The notes beneath the pieces are model-generated. The model worked only from the letters and a program-made list of their open reading frames with translations, was not told where the DNA came from and made no database searches. Of a DNA stretch of 64,000 bases, positions 1 through 12,863 are shown piece after piece; the stretch's first letter is position 1; each line of letters opens with the position of its first letter. Position numbers and translations under genes: made by a program. Source of the DNA: Octopus sinensis (lineage: Eukaryota); assembly GCF_006345805.1 (NCBI RefSeq), contig NC_042999.1:67394001-67458000 (forward strand). The letters run 5' to 3'.

Positions 1-176
1 ATAATAAAATATTAGGGAATAAATCCAAATTTACAGGGAAAAATCAGATTTAGAATTAAATCCAATTTATAGTAAAATATTTATAATATTAATTCGAGAC
101 AAAACCACTATTTTGCAAAACAAACGAGGAAAGACTTAATCAATACATAAAAATTTTTAATATAAGAAATAAACCG

Positions 177-219
177 CCACTACAATCGTTTCATGTCTTC
201 AATGACATTCGTCAGGTGG
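177..219 (-). ncRNA. Minimal type I hammerhead ribozyme motif
   Basis: Minus strand reads CCAC-CTGACGA-ATGTC-attgaa-GACAT-GAAAC-gatt-GTA-GTGG. Core is intact, stem I 4 bp, stem II 5 bp, and stem III (ACGATTGT) is near-palindromic. Confidence 0.75.
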
Positions 220-287
220 ATTTTCGATCTCCTAATCTGTTTTAATATTAAAACAAATAAATTAAAACAGATTAGGAGATCGAAAAT

Positions 288-329
288 CCACCTGACGATG
301 TCATTGAAGACATGAAACGATTGTAGTGG
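288..329 (+). ncRNA. Minimal type I hammerhead ribozyme motif (mirror copy)
   Basis: CCAC-CTGACGA-TGTC-attgaa-GACAT-GAAAC-gatt-GTA-GTGG. It lacks one A at the base of stem II relative to the left-arm copy. Confidence 0.65.
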
Positions 330-419
330 CGGTTTATTTCTTTATATTAAATTTTTTTATGTATGATTAAGTCTTTCCTCGTTTGTTTTGCAAAATAGTG
401 TGGTTTGTCTCGAATTAAT

Positions 420-462
<43 letters not shown>

Positions 463-501
463 TGGAGAAGAGAAATAGAGAAATAACGCGTGCGTTCGGT
501 C

Positions 502-856
502 ATATAGTAATATATAAATAAATATAATATATGCATATATACATACATATATGTACATACTTACATCTACATGTATATATACATGCATACTATATATATA
601 TATGAGTACAAGACACCACAAATAACGTAGACACAACGAGAGACGAGAGACCAGCTGTCCCTGGTTCGACTCAAAGTGTGTTTCGAAGTACTTTGAGTCG
701 AACCAGGGACAGCTGATGAAGGGGAATTTCCTTGTATTGTTTGTCCTGTACTGTTTTTTCGTTGCTTAAAAAAAGTCCGTTTCCTTGTTTGATTTTATGT
801 TCTCGTCTCTCGTGTGTTCTACGTTTATTTGTGGTGTCCTGTACTCATATATATAT

Positions 857-890
<34 letters not shown>

Positions 891-1010
891 ATATAATATA
901 TATCATATATATATTATATATATATGCATGTAGATATACATGTAGATGTAAGTATGTACATATATGTAGTATAAATGCATATATTTATATTATTTATTAT
1001 ATTACTATAT
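502..1010. mobile_element. Second fold-back element between (TA)n tracts, related to 24729-24935
   Basis: Outer arms about 502-650 and 801-1010; perfect 26-bp inner arms 652-677 and 690-715. Segment 716-800 is present only in the right arm. Confidence 0.6.
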
Positions 1011-1095
1011 ATATATATTATATATATATAATATATATATATAATGCTTTGCATATATATAATATACACTTATACGCTTATACACACACAACACA

Positions 1096-1134
<39 letters not shown>

Positions 1135-1703
1135 TATATTATTATAATATAATATATATATATTCACACACATATACACACGCCTGCACACGTGGGTGAT
1201 AGTAATAACTCAAATGGAATGAATGAAATTAAAAGCATAAACAAACGCATACACGTACATCCATCCATAAATGCATACATGCACACCTACATAATAGATT
1301 TTAAAAAAAGTTTAAAAGGCACAAGCATACAAATCTGAAAATATATAAGAAAAGAAAAAAAGAAAAGAGAAAAGCAATCAGGTTTGTGATGGCTGGATCG
1401 GAATCCCTTCGAGAAAGGAAACAAAAGATTAATTCGCATTTTGTCTTTTTCTTTCTACTCTCCTTCCCCCTTTCTGTTGTTGTTGTTGCACGACGTGTGT
1501 GTGTTTGCCGCCATTTTTAAGTTGAAATGCAACTCTGCTTTCGCTTCAGTCATCTCGAGCGACAGGTGGCACAAACAAAGGCCTGTAGGTGGAGTGGACA
1601 TTTATTCTTTTCTTTCATTTATTTCTCAATCGGTTTCTTATTCTCTTTTACTATTTTGCTATCTCTTCTCATCTTGCTTATTCTCCTCTTCCCCTTGTGT
1701 CCC

Positions 1704-1712
1704 TTTGCCTTT

Positions 1713-1772
<60 letters not shown>

Positions 1773-1877
1773 TATGCATGTATGTATGATGTTCGTATGA
1801 CTATATGTGTGTGTATGTATATATATATATATATGCATGTGTGTATGATGTTCGTATGACTGTATATGTGTGTGTTT

Positions 1878-1925
<48 letters not shown>

Positions 1926-1957
1926 AATGCATGATCTCTTTCTCTCCTTCTCTCTCT

Positions 1958-1991
<34 letters not shown>

Positions 1992-2078
1992 ATATTCTCC
2001 TCTCTCTCTCTCGCTTTCACAATGTATATTTGTATTTTTGTATACATGGCTGTGCGTTCGTGTGCACACATATATGTG

Positions 2079-2129
<51 letters not shown>

Positions 2130-2360
2130 TGTGTGTGTGTGTGTAAGTGTGTGTGTGTGTGCAAGCATATGCGTGTATATGTATACATAAACGCATATAT
2201 ATATGATTGCGTATATTTATGTATATATACATGTATATATGTGTATGTATATGTATACGTATACATGTATGTATTTATGTATGTATGCGTATGTATGTAT
2301 GTATGTATGTATGTATGTATGTATGTATGTATGTATGTATGTATGTATGTATGTATGTAT
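1704..2360. repeat. Compound microsatellite block (CA)n/(TA)n/(TC)n/(TG)n/(TATG)n
   Basis: Directly visible; includes a tandem duplication of about 57 bp at about 1775-1872. Confidence 0.95.
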
Positions 2361-2864
2361 CGGGTTGTATTGTCCAAGGTGTTCGTCATTAATTCAAGAA
2401 GGCAGAGTGTGATTTGAGCAAGATCCAACTGCTATTTCTTGCATATCGGCTGACCAGCTGGACCTCTCCTTTTAATACCGAGATCAGTCGTTATACATTG
2501 ACCTTACCGTACTCGTTAAGCAATGATAACGGGGAAACAATTCCCTTACCCTATCTTTTTTTGTGTCACTCCACTTTGTCAACCCCCACCTCTTCCTATC
2601 TCCTCTCTCTCTCTCTCTCTCTTACTATGTCTCTCTGTCTATCTATCGCTTGCGCTTTCTCTTCCGTTCCTTCTAAGGAAGTGATTGAGGGAGATTTGAT
2701 ATGAAGTAAGAGAAGTTAGCTAGGTGTCGGTTGCCTGTATAGATATACTTACATTAGCATCATTATAATAGTGATATATATTTGAATATATCTTTTATGT
2801 TTTACTTTTTCAGTCATTAGACCACAGCCATGCTGGGGCACCGCATTTAAGTAGAAAGATAGAT

Positions 2865-3112
<248 letters not shown>

Positions 3113-4431
3113 GAAGGAAGGAAGAAATAGAGGAACGAATAAGATGAAGAAAAGCAAGAAAAAGAAAGAACAAAAAAAGCAGTAAAAGAAAAAACGAATA
3201 GACGGGAAGCTTTCGACAGACGATGTGCTTGAGTGCGGCGTGTGTGCGTCTACGTGAAAAGATAAGTCTGTAGATTGCTGATGATAAAAAGATGGCGGTA
3301 TTAGCGTTGGTTGTTGGCGCAAACATAATGTAAGAAAAGTAAATAAACAATTTTAAGGAAAAAAAAATAAAACACTCAGACACGGGAATAATAAATACAC
3401 CCATTCGCCATTTTTTTAATGTTACCTATACCGAGGCGTCAGTAATTATAGAATCCCTGCAACAAAAAGTCAAATTAGAAGAAAAAAATTCACTGTGCAA
3501 GTGAATTCTAAACCATAAGAACAAGTTGTGATTCATTCATTAGACCGAAACATCGTCTTTTTCTCTTCTTTTCTTCCTTTCTTTCTCTCTCTTGTTTACC
3601 GCTAAAGCTACATCCATTCATCAGACACGGGTCCATTTTCTTTTAACAATATATAAGCGTATGTAAATCAAGCCTCAGAAAATTACTCTGAGCGAGTCGG
3701 ATTATTATTTCTATTATTATTCACCGCGTTGTGTGAAATCCACGTAAGGCTTTCACTTGTGAGTTTGTCCAAAATGTTTACTCAATGTGACTTCGGTAAT
3801 TCCAATTTATTATTAGTGCTTACTTTTCTTCTTTTTTTTTCTTTTTTCCGAAAGTGACCAAGCATCCGTCGAAGTCATCACCTTCTGCTTTCAATGAAGA
3901 ATAATCTTCTAAGCTCCCTCCCAAAAGCTTTAAAACTTTTAGTAATTAAATCAAAAAAAGAAGAAAAAAAACTAAACAAAGAAAGCGAAGTTGATTTAAA
4001 GAGGGATCAGGGTACAGCGGAGGAACATCTGAGACAATCTGGAGCCTCTAAATAGTTGTTAGACCTGCTAGAAATAGCAACCAAATTCTCTTAAGTCACA
4101 TCCAGTCGCCTGAAAATATACACAGACATGCTGATCAACGCATATAAAAGCTCTTCGTACATCAATTACACCGTTTGCGAGCAATGATATTTGCGTATCT
4201 TTTAAGGATACATTCAGAGGGAGATGTGCAATACCTGTAAGCCTTGCCAGCATTTCTATGACCAGTTTCAGAAAGCAAGAGTTGGCCCTACTTCTTGCAA
4301 TATCTTGAGCTCTGCTGCTGACACTTAAGAGCCGGATGTTAATCAGGAGTAAAAGTTTAAATTTACTATTGTCTCGGGAAACAGAAAGATAAGTCTACTA
4401 ATAATATCGCTTGTGGTATTACTGCAGATGA

Positions 4432-4816
4432 CGCCGGGCGAAATGCCGGCAGTATTTCGTCTGTCGCTATTCAGAGTTCAAATTCCGCCGAGGTTGAATT
4501 TGCCTTTCATCCTTTCGGGGTCGATTAAATAAGTACCAGTTAGGCACTGGGGTCGATATAATCGACTTAATCCGTTTGTCTGTCCTTGTTCGTCCTCTCT
4601 GTGTTTAGCCCCTTGTGGGTAGTAAAGAAATAGGTATTTCGTCTGTCGTTACGTTCTGAGTTCAAATTCTGCCGAGGTCGACTTTACCTTTCATCCATTC
4701 GGGGTCGATTAAATAAGTACGAGTTACGCACTGGGATCAATATGATCGATTTAATCCGTTTATCTGTCCTTGTTTGTCCTCTCTGTGTTTAGCCCCTTGT
4801 GGGTAGTAAAGAAATA
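4432..4816 (+). mobile_element. tRNA-derived SINE family A (dimer of the approx. 185-bp unit) with 17-bp TSD
   Basis: B-box-like GAGTTCAAATTCC and core GCCTTTCATCCTTTCGGGGTCGAT..AAGTACCAG, which resembles the Meta-type SINE central domain. TSD GGTATTACTGCAGATGA at 4415-4431 and 4817-4833. Confidence 0.85.
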
Positions 4817-4940
4817 GGTATTACTGCAGATGATATTAACTTCTTTCAGCCAACTTAATACTACCACCTAGCATCTTGGGTGCATTTAGCGAAGTCCACT
4901 CTGCAGCATTCATTTGGGCTAGGTCTTCAGTTTGAGTCTG

Positions 4941-4980
<40 letters not shown>

Positions 4981-6994
4981 CTGTCTGTGAGTCCCCGAAT
5001 AGGATAATAATCGGTACCTACTCTATTGACTCAGATATAAAAAAAAAAGTGGACTGCGGCTTTACCACTGCTAATCTCTTCACTACCGCCAACCCCTCAC
5101 CTCTACTGATTTTAACAACAGTATTTTCCCACGTCTAGCAATGAATGTAACGACAGAGTTGCAAGTACCGTCCTTTCTGAGACCTAATAAATTGGGCAAG
5201 GAACAAAAACAATAATCCTTGAGACTATGAGAAGCCTGTACGCAGTTATTCGACTTGCTGGAGATAACAGTTGAATTTCCTTACATCACATCCAATCGTC
5301 TGAAAGTATGACGGACGTGTTGGACAATCCTCGGTCAAAGCTGGCCAAAAGTTAAACAACAACAACAAAACTGTAAAAGCTGGCTCATTTACCAGAGCTG
5401 CAAGCAAGTATCTTACGAAAATATGAAAAAGTAAATGAAATAAGCAAGGAAGCTTGTCTCGTAAAATAGCTGAAAAGCATTCGTTGCACTTCACGCTGAA
5501 ATTGTAGACCAAATAAGCCTACAAGCAATCATGGATAAATGCTTCAGAAAGAAGACCAGATGACTGGAGAACTTCATGCAGTTTCATGCAAAGAAGTGCT
5601 TGCAAAGTATCTGGGCGACATACACGCCCATGGATTTTTATAGCGATAAAGATTTTACTCTCATTTCCATTTACATGTTCTAGCAAGTTGTGAATGTGAC
5701 TTTGAGAGATGTGTCACTGGCGATAAACAACTGAGAGTTATGAGACGAAGATGTGTCGGAAGAACAGCATATGATATTAGAAATTTTAATAAAAGGTTAA
5801 ACCATGAAAACTTATCAGAGATTGACAGCAAAATTCGGGTGCAGATCGTACCAGAAAAATTTGAAAATTTCAACCACATAGAACTACCAAAGGTAAACCC
5901 ATGTAGCAAGTAGCTATTTTTAAATAAGTGCGCCAATTTGTGGTAGCTGGCAATATGACGTAATGTCGTATTGCCGAAGAAATATTATTGTCGTTTTTCC
6001 ATTGGTTAATATAACTGCTCATATAGGATTTCTAAGAATTAGTTAAAGAATATTTGTATGTAATTTCGATTCTTTAAAGTCAAGTTGAGCAGTTATAAAA
6101 ACCCTGGATTTTGGGAAAAACTTCAGCGTTTGTTGGATGTAACTAAACTCCACGACACTCACTCCTTTGAGACATTGGTGATTTTTCATGCCATGTCCAA
6201 GGAAAATTCAACAAGTCTTGTTTGAATTGTTGAGATTTAATATTAGCTGAAATGAGAAATTAGTTAGTTAAAATATATAGTCGTAATTCTCTACGACGAA
6301 ATTTACTTTTCTTCAAAATGTATATAATATAAAAATGCTATATGTATATAATAAAAATTAATGTAGAAAATGTTTTATCTTTCTTCACGTTCTTCAACTA
6401 TATATAAAATGTATTTCTGTAATTATTAAACTGCATTTTTTTTTATAGCGGTTAAAAGAACACGAAAATATATTCAACATACATGCCCGCTAATGTTCGT
6501 TAGCGTTCCAGAAAGTATATTTCTCCATGGCGTTTATATAGCTGTAGTTAGAAATGACGAATAATAACACTTATGTAAGTTATAAGTGGCGGTTTTATCA
6601 TTATATATCCTTACTTTAAAAGCTAAATTATTTTATCTATTTCCAAATAGAAAACATAATAAGTAGCGTTGCATTAACTGTAAACAAACTAACTAGAAAA
6701 TATACGCTATAATATATAACGAAAGAGAAGCATGGTTGCTTAAACCGCTATACATACAACAATTTGTAGTAAAGGAAATAAGACTCAGGTTCCACATATG
6801 TGGTAGCACCAATTATCTAAGGACATTCTGTTGACAGTAAATGCAAAATAAAGAAAAGCTCGTGCTGTTGCAAATACCACAATAATACAAAACATCAGTT
6901 GTAGCACTGCCATCAATGCGATTCGTATTCCGAAATTAAAACAGCTGTAACTAAACCCCGGGTGGGGGTTACTTGTTTACATTGACATCAGTGT

Positions 6995-8160
6995 TTAACT
7001 GGCACTTATTTTATCGATTTCAACTGAATGAAAGGCAAAGTCGGACTCGGCATAATAATTACCACCAAGCATTTTGCCCGATGCACTAACGATTCTGCCA
7101 GCTCACCGCCTTAAAAACAACAGCAATAATAATGATTTCAAAATTTGGCTCAAGGCCGGCAATTTTGCGGGAGGAGATAAGTCGATTACATCGACCCCAG
7201 TGTTCAGCTAGTATTTATTTTATCGTCTCTGACAGGATAAAAGGCAAAGTTGACCTCGGTGGAATTAGAACTCAGAAAATGAAGACGGACGAAATACCTA
7301 TTTATTTACTACCCACAAGGGGCTAAACACAGAGAGGACAAACAAGGACAGACAAACGGATTAAGTCGATTATATCGACTGGTACTTATTTAATCGACCC
7401 CGAAAGGATGAAAGGCAAAGTCGACCTCGGCGGAATTTGAACTCAGAACGTAACGGCAGACAAAATACTGCTAAGCATTTCGCCCGGCATGCTAACGTTT
7501 CTGACAGCTCACCACCTTTACAACAACAATAATAATATTTTCTACAATAGATACAAGTCTGAGTTTTTTTTCTTTTTTTCATGAGGGCGGGGGGATGTCT
7601 AGCCGGTTATATCGACCCCAGTAATGAACTGGTACTTATTTCATCGACTTCGAAAGATGAAAGGCAAAGTCAGCCTCGGAGAAATTTGAAATCAGAACGT
7701 ATAGACGGAAGAAATGCCTCTAAGCATTTTGTCCGCCACTCTAAGGTTTATGTCAGCTTTCTACCTCAGAATGGTTTCAAGTTATGACACAAGACTGGTA
7801 ATTTTGAAAGAAGAGAAATGAATTACATCAACCCCAATATATGACTGGTACTTATCTTATAAACTTATAAAACTCGGTGGAAATTAAACTTAGAACGTAA
7901 TGCGCCAGAAAAAATGCCGATAGAATTTTGCCCGAGGTGCTAACAATAATTCTTTTTAATTTTGGCACGGGGTCGGAAATTTTGGGGGAGAGGGGGAAGT
8001 CGATTAGATCAACATCCGTACTTGACTGGTTCTCTATCTTTATTTTATTGATCCTGAAATGATGAAAGATAATGTTGGCTTCGGAAGAATTTGATCTCGG
8101 AACGAACAGCCAGAAGAAATTCCGCAAAGCATTTTAATCTGACGTGCTAACGATTGTATC
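6995..8160 (-). mobile_element. Cluster of about 6 family A SINE copies of differing age
   Basis: Repeated reverse-complement cores (..GAAAGGATGAAAGGCAAAGTCGACCTCGGCGGAATTTGAACTC..); best copy about 7300-7520. Confidence 0.8.
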
Positions 8161-8849
8161 AGAATTGTAAAAGGCGTCTATTTTTATTAAATACAATGCA
8201 AATAATAATAAAAAAAGCAAAAGCGCCCTAGATCTATTTTGGTTTTGTTTTTGATATAGTTTCTCCCCATACAGCACCAAAACAAAGCAAAAACAAAAAA
8301 CAAAAAAAAAAAGGCAAAACAGAAAATAACACTGTTGGCTTTGAAGAAACTCTGTTTGTTGAGGATGTTTTAACAACTAATTCCGTACTGTGAAGTGGAG
8401 GAAAAATAAGCAAAAAAAATCCAGATGATTTTGTTTCAAATGTCAAATAGAATACGTTCAATGTGAGTGAAGGGGAGAGGGGAAGAGGGGGTGAGATAAA
8501 CTAACATCGATAAAATCAGTCCAATCACAACATCGGATTTAGATCGGAAGTGGTAGGGCGCCATTAGTAAATGAAAATAAATAAAAATTGATCAGGTATT
8601 TGGTATCTTGTAGTTGTTTGTTGTTATTCTTTTCATTGTTGTTGTTGTTGTTGTTGTTGTTGCTGTTGTAGAAGTTGTTGTAGTTGTTCTTCTTTTTCTC
8701 CTCCTCTTTCTTTTTCTTTTTTTTTTTCTTCTTAATCCTTCGTTGCCATTGAAATATCATTTAGTCGAATTTGCCACAGAGAAAGGAAAAACAGAGAAAT
8801 ACGCATGCGGACAAAAATATATAATCATGCAAGCACACATATAGGTACA

Positions 8850-9240
<391 letters not shown>

Positions 9241-9348
9241 CTTATGCATATGCACACAATCAATGGAATATTATTTGGCCAAATATATGTGCTGACAACA
9301 GTAAGCAAAGATGGCGGTATATTTGTTCTTTTATTCTTTCCTTTTTTT

Positions 9349-9750
9349 TCTTTATTTGTCTCAGTCATTTGACTGCCGCCATGCTGGAGCACCGCCTTTA
9401 GTCGAGCAAATCGACCCCAGGACTTATTCTTTTGTAAGCCTAGTACTTATTCTATCGGTCTCTCTTGCCGAACCGCTAAGTGACGGGGACGTAAACACAC
9501 CAGCATCGGTTGTCAAGCGATGTTGGGGGGGACAAACACAGACACACACACACACACACACAACACACACATATATATATATATATACATATATACGACG
9601 GGCTTCTTTCAGTTTCCGTCTACCAAATCCACTCACAAGGCTTTGATCGGCCCGAGGCTATAGTAGAAGACACTTACCCAAGGTGCCACGCAGTGGGACT
9701 GAACCCTGAACCATGTGGTTGGTAAGCAAGCTACTTACCACACAGCCACA
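9349..9750 (-). mobile_element. tRNA-derived SINE family B (CORE-like domain, internal microsatellite)
   Basis: Reverse complement of the plus-strand copy at 36757-37145; head ..GTGGTAAGTAGCTTGCTTACCAACCACATGGTTCAGGGTTCAGTCCC. Confidence 0.85.
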
Positions 9751-9904
9751 CATCTATGTACATGCATGTATGCAACTGTATGTATATATGTTTCTGAGAG
9801 TTTGGGTGTATGCATTTTACGCGTGCTACTTAATGTATGTGTTTATGCGTATGTATACATTAATATGTACGTACGTGTGTCTGCTTATACTAATCTATAT
9901 ATAG

Positions 9905-9940
<36 letters not shown>

Positions 9941-10104
9941 ATATGTTTTGAATATGTGTAATTGAGTATATACTAATATGGCCGCATGTGTGTATACACA
10001 TATGCCTATGTTTGTATTTGTCAGCGGCTTTTACGTGTGCCAAATTGTGAACGTACGTGCGTCCGCATACGTCTCTGTACTGTTGTATGTATATTATGAG
10101 TGTG

Positions 10105-10176
<72 letters not shown>

Positions 10177-10339
10177 TGCATGTATGCGTTGGCATGTGTG
10201 TATGTGTGTTTATGCATGTGTCATCATAGAGCGATCGTGAGATAGCGTCATGGCACGTTTTAGCAGCAAGACAATTCTCCGGAGACACTGTTTTTTTTTT
10301 AATTATTATTATCTGCACAGCTTTGGTAAATGCCAGCGA

Positions 10340-10651
10340 CAACATTAGCAACAACAACAACAACAACAGCATCATAAACAGTAATAACAACACCGATGGT
10401 GGTAACATCGGCAACGACAATAATAACTATTACAACAACAACAGCAACAGCAGCAGCAATAATAATAATAATAATAACAGTGACCATCAAGGCGGCAACA
10501 ATAATAATAGCTATAGAAGCAACAGCAACAACAACAACAACGGCAATAAAAAAAAATCCCACAATAATCACGGAAAAAAACGTCATTTACAAAGGCAGCA
10601 ACAAGAACAGAAACAACATCAGCAACAATTATAATTACTACTACTACTACA

Positions 10652-10696
<45 letters not shown>

Positions 10697-10733
10697 GCAA
10701 CAAGAACCCATTCACAGCAGCAGAAACAACAGT

Positions 10734-10771
<38 letters not shown>

Positions 10772-10783
10772 ATGCTGCTGCTG
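10340..10783. repeat. Mixed trinucleotide microsatellite (AAC/AAT/TAC/TGC)n
   Basis: Directly visible; the poly-N, poly-T and poly-C ORFs here are repeat read-throughs. Confidence 0.9.
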
Positions 10784-11156
10784 CTGTTGAGCGAACAGTC
10801 TTCGTCCCAGACCTCGCAAGATGGGAGAAGTCCGAAACGTGGTCCTTTGCTATTCGTAAGACCCGCAGAAGAGAAAGCAGGTCGACCCCCGACACCGAGA
10901 GCATCGACGGATGGATGAATGCGCATCCAGGCTCAGCGGTTGCGTAGGAAGTCGGGGACAAGAAACAGGAAGAAAGAGTGAGAGAAAGTTGGAGCGAAAG
11001 AGTACAACAGGGGTCGCCACCACCCCCTGCCGGAGCCTCGTGGAGCTTTAGGAGTTTTCGCTCAATAAACATACACAACGCCTGGTCTGGGAGTCGAAAC
11101 CGCGATCCTCCGACCGCGAGTCCGCTGCCCTAACCATTGGGCCATTGCACCTCCAC
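10784..11156 (-). mobile_element. tRNA-derived SINE family D, long-tail variant
   Basis: Minus-strand head TGGCCCAATGGTTAGGGCAGCGG..GGTTTCGACTCCC (A and B boxes); near-identical copy at 43227-43590. Confidence 0.85.
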
Positions 11157-11166
11157 TTGCTACTGC

Positions 11167-11207
<41 letters not shown>

Positions 11208-11311
11208 AGGAGGAGGAGGAGGAAGAGGAGGAGGAAGAGGATGAAGAGGAAGAGGAAGAGGAGGAGGCGGCGGAGGAGGATGCAGTTATTAGAGGAAATA
11301 ACTGCAGCCGC

Positions 11312-11362
<51 letters not shown>

Positions 11363-11891
11363 CACGGTTAACAACGTCAGCAGTGATATCAGCAACACCG
11401 TCAATCAACGACTTACAATTAACAGTCGCGTTAATTAATATCAAATAGCAACTCACTGACCACCACAACAACGACAACAACAAGAAAAGGACAATTAAAT
11501 AAACAAGCATCAAATTAAATATTAGTTAATTTAGTGGCTATAGTTATCGATAAGCCTAAACAGTTAACTCGTGTGATTGGGATACTGTTCTTTTCTGGAT
11601 ATGGTCTTTCATTCATTTATCTCTTTACTTGTTTCAGTCATTTGACTGCGGCCATGCTGGGGCACCACTTTGAAGAGTCTTAGTCGAAAGAGTCGACCGC
11701 AGTACTCTTTTTGTCTTTTTTTTTGTTTTTTTTAAAGCCTGGTACTTATTTTATTGGTCTCGTTTGTCGAACTGCTAGGTTAGTGAGACGTAAACCGCTA
11801 ACACCATTTGTCAAGCGGTGGTGGGGGACAATCACAGACATAAAGACACACACATACATACACAAACGCATATATACACACAAATATATAT

Positions 11892-11935
<44 letters not shown>

Positions 11936-12036
11936 TAAATCTCTCTCTCTCTCCCTCTCTCTATCTATCTATCTATCTATCTATCTCTACTCTCTCGATA
12001 TATATATATATTTTAAATATATATGTACATACATAC

Positions 12037-12067
<31 letters not shown>

Positions 12068-12215
12068 ATATATATATATATATATTATATTAAATTAGAG
12101 ATAAAACCACTATTAGGCAAATCATACAATGAAAAACTTAAGCCAATACATAAGATTATTTAATTTATATTATTTAAATATATAACAAAATTATTAAAAA
12201 AATATAATTAATATA

Positions 12216-12281
12216 ACACTACGATCGTTTCATAGCTGTTAATTTCTTTAAATTTTCGAGTTACAGTCATTCATCAGGTGG
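12216..12281 (-). ncRNA. Minimal type I hammerhead ribozyme motif
   Basis: Minus strand CCAC-CTGATGA-ATGACTGT...ACAGCTAT-GAAAC-GATC-GTA-GTGT; stem III ACGATCGT is a perfect palindrome. Confidence 0.72.
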
Positions 12282-12343
12282 TTTAAATATTTAACTTGGC
12301 GAGGTTTAATCAATGATTAAACCTTGCCAAGTTAAATATTAAA

Positions 12344-12408
12344 CCACCTGATGAATGACTGTAACTCGAACATTTAAAGAATTAACAGCTATGAAACGAT
12401 CGTAGTGT
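12344..12408 (+). ncRNA. Minimal type I hammerhead ribozyme motif (mirror copy)
   Basis: CTGATGA 12348-12354, GAAAC 12393-12397, GATC, GTA 12402-12404. Stem I CAC/GTG; stem II ATGaCTGT/ACAGcTAT. Confidence 0.72.
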
Positions 12409-12625
12409 TATATTAATTATATTTTTTTAATAATTTTGTTATATATTTAAATAATATAAATTAAATAATCTTATGTATTGGCTTAAGTTTTTCATTGTAT
12501 GATTTGCCTAATAGTGGTTTTATCTCTAATTTAATATAATATAATAATTTACTATAAAATTGGATTCAATCCTAAATCTGATTTTTCCCTGTAAGTTTGG
12601 ATTTATTCCCTAATATTTATTATTA

Positions 12626-12657
<32 letters not shown>

Positions 12658-12667
12658 TATATATATA

Positions 12668-12802
12668 AACATATATCTATCATCGTGATCATCGTGACCG
12701 ACCAGGTTATCACATGTTGCTACACATCACTGGTCACAATGCGCTTTGCATTGCTTTAGCCTTCAAATGACGCCACCCCGCTGGCTAAGCGAGCAGGCCA
12801 AC

Positions 12803-12863
<61 letters not shown>

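Larger units (their letters stand above)
1..426. mobile_element. Asymmetric fold-back element, Penelope-like terminal-repeat (pLTR) derived, carrying two hammerhead motifs
   Basis: Inverted arms 81-246 and 261-426 with a 14-nt spacer. The extra segment 1-80 is homologous to the reverse complement of 12544-12623. The right arm ends in (TA)n; the left end is cut by the window edge. Confidence 0.7.
12081..12623. mobile_element. Asymmetric fold-back element, Penelope-like pLTR derived, with two hammerhead motifs, inserted in (TA)n
   Basis: Arms about 12081-12312 and 12314-12543 around a 1-nt centre. The extension 12544-12623 matches the reverse complement of 1-80. (TA)n lies on both sides. Confidence 0.75.

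Noticed and set aside
713-745. CTGATGA plus a hairpin, as a hammerhead (also minus strand at 24890-24920)
   Set aside because: No GAAA follows the putative stem II and there is no NUH or stem I partner.
6440-6970. piggyBac-like C-terminal Cys-rich remnant
   Set aside because: Motifs are scattered across frames with stops and no TTAA/TIR could be confirmed; too weak to call by eye.
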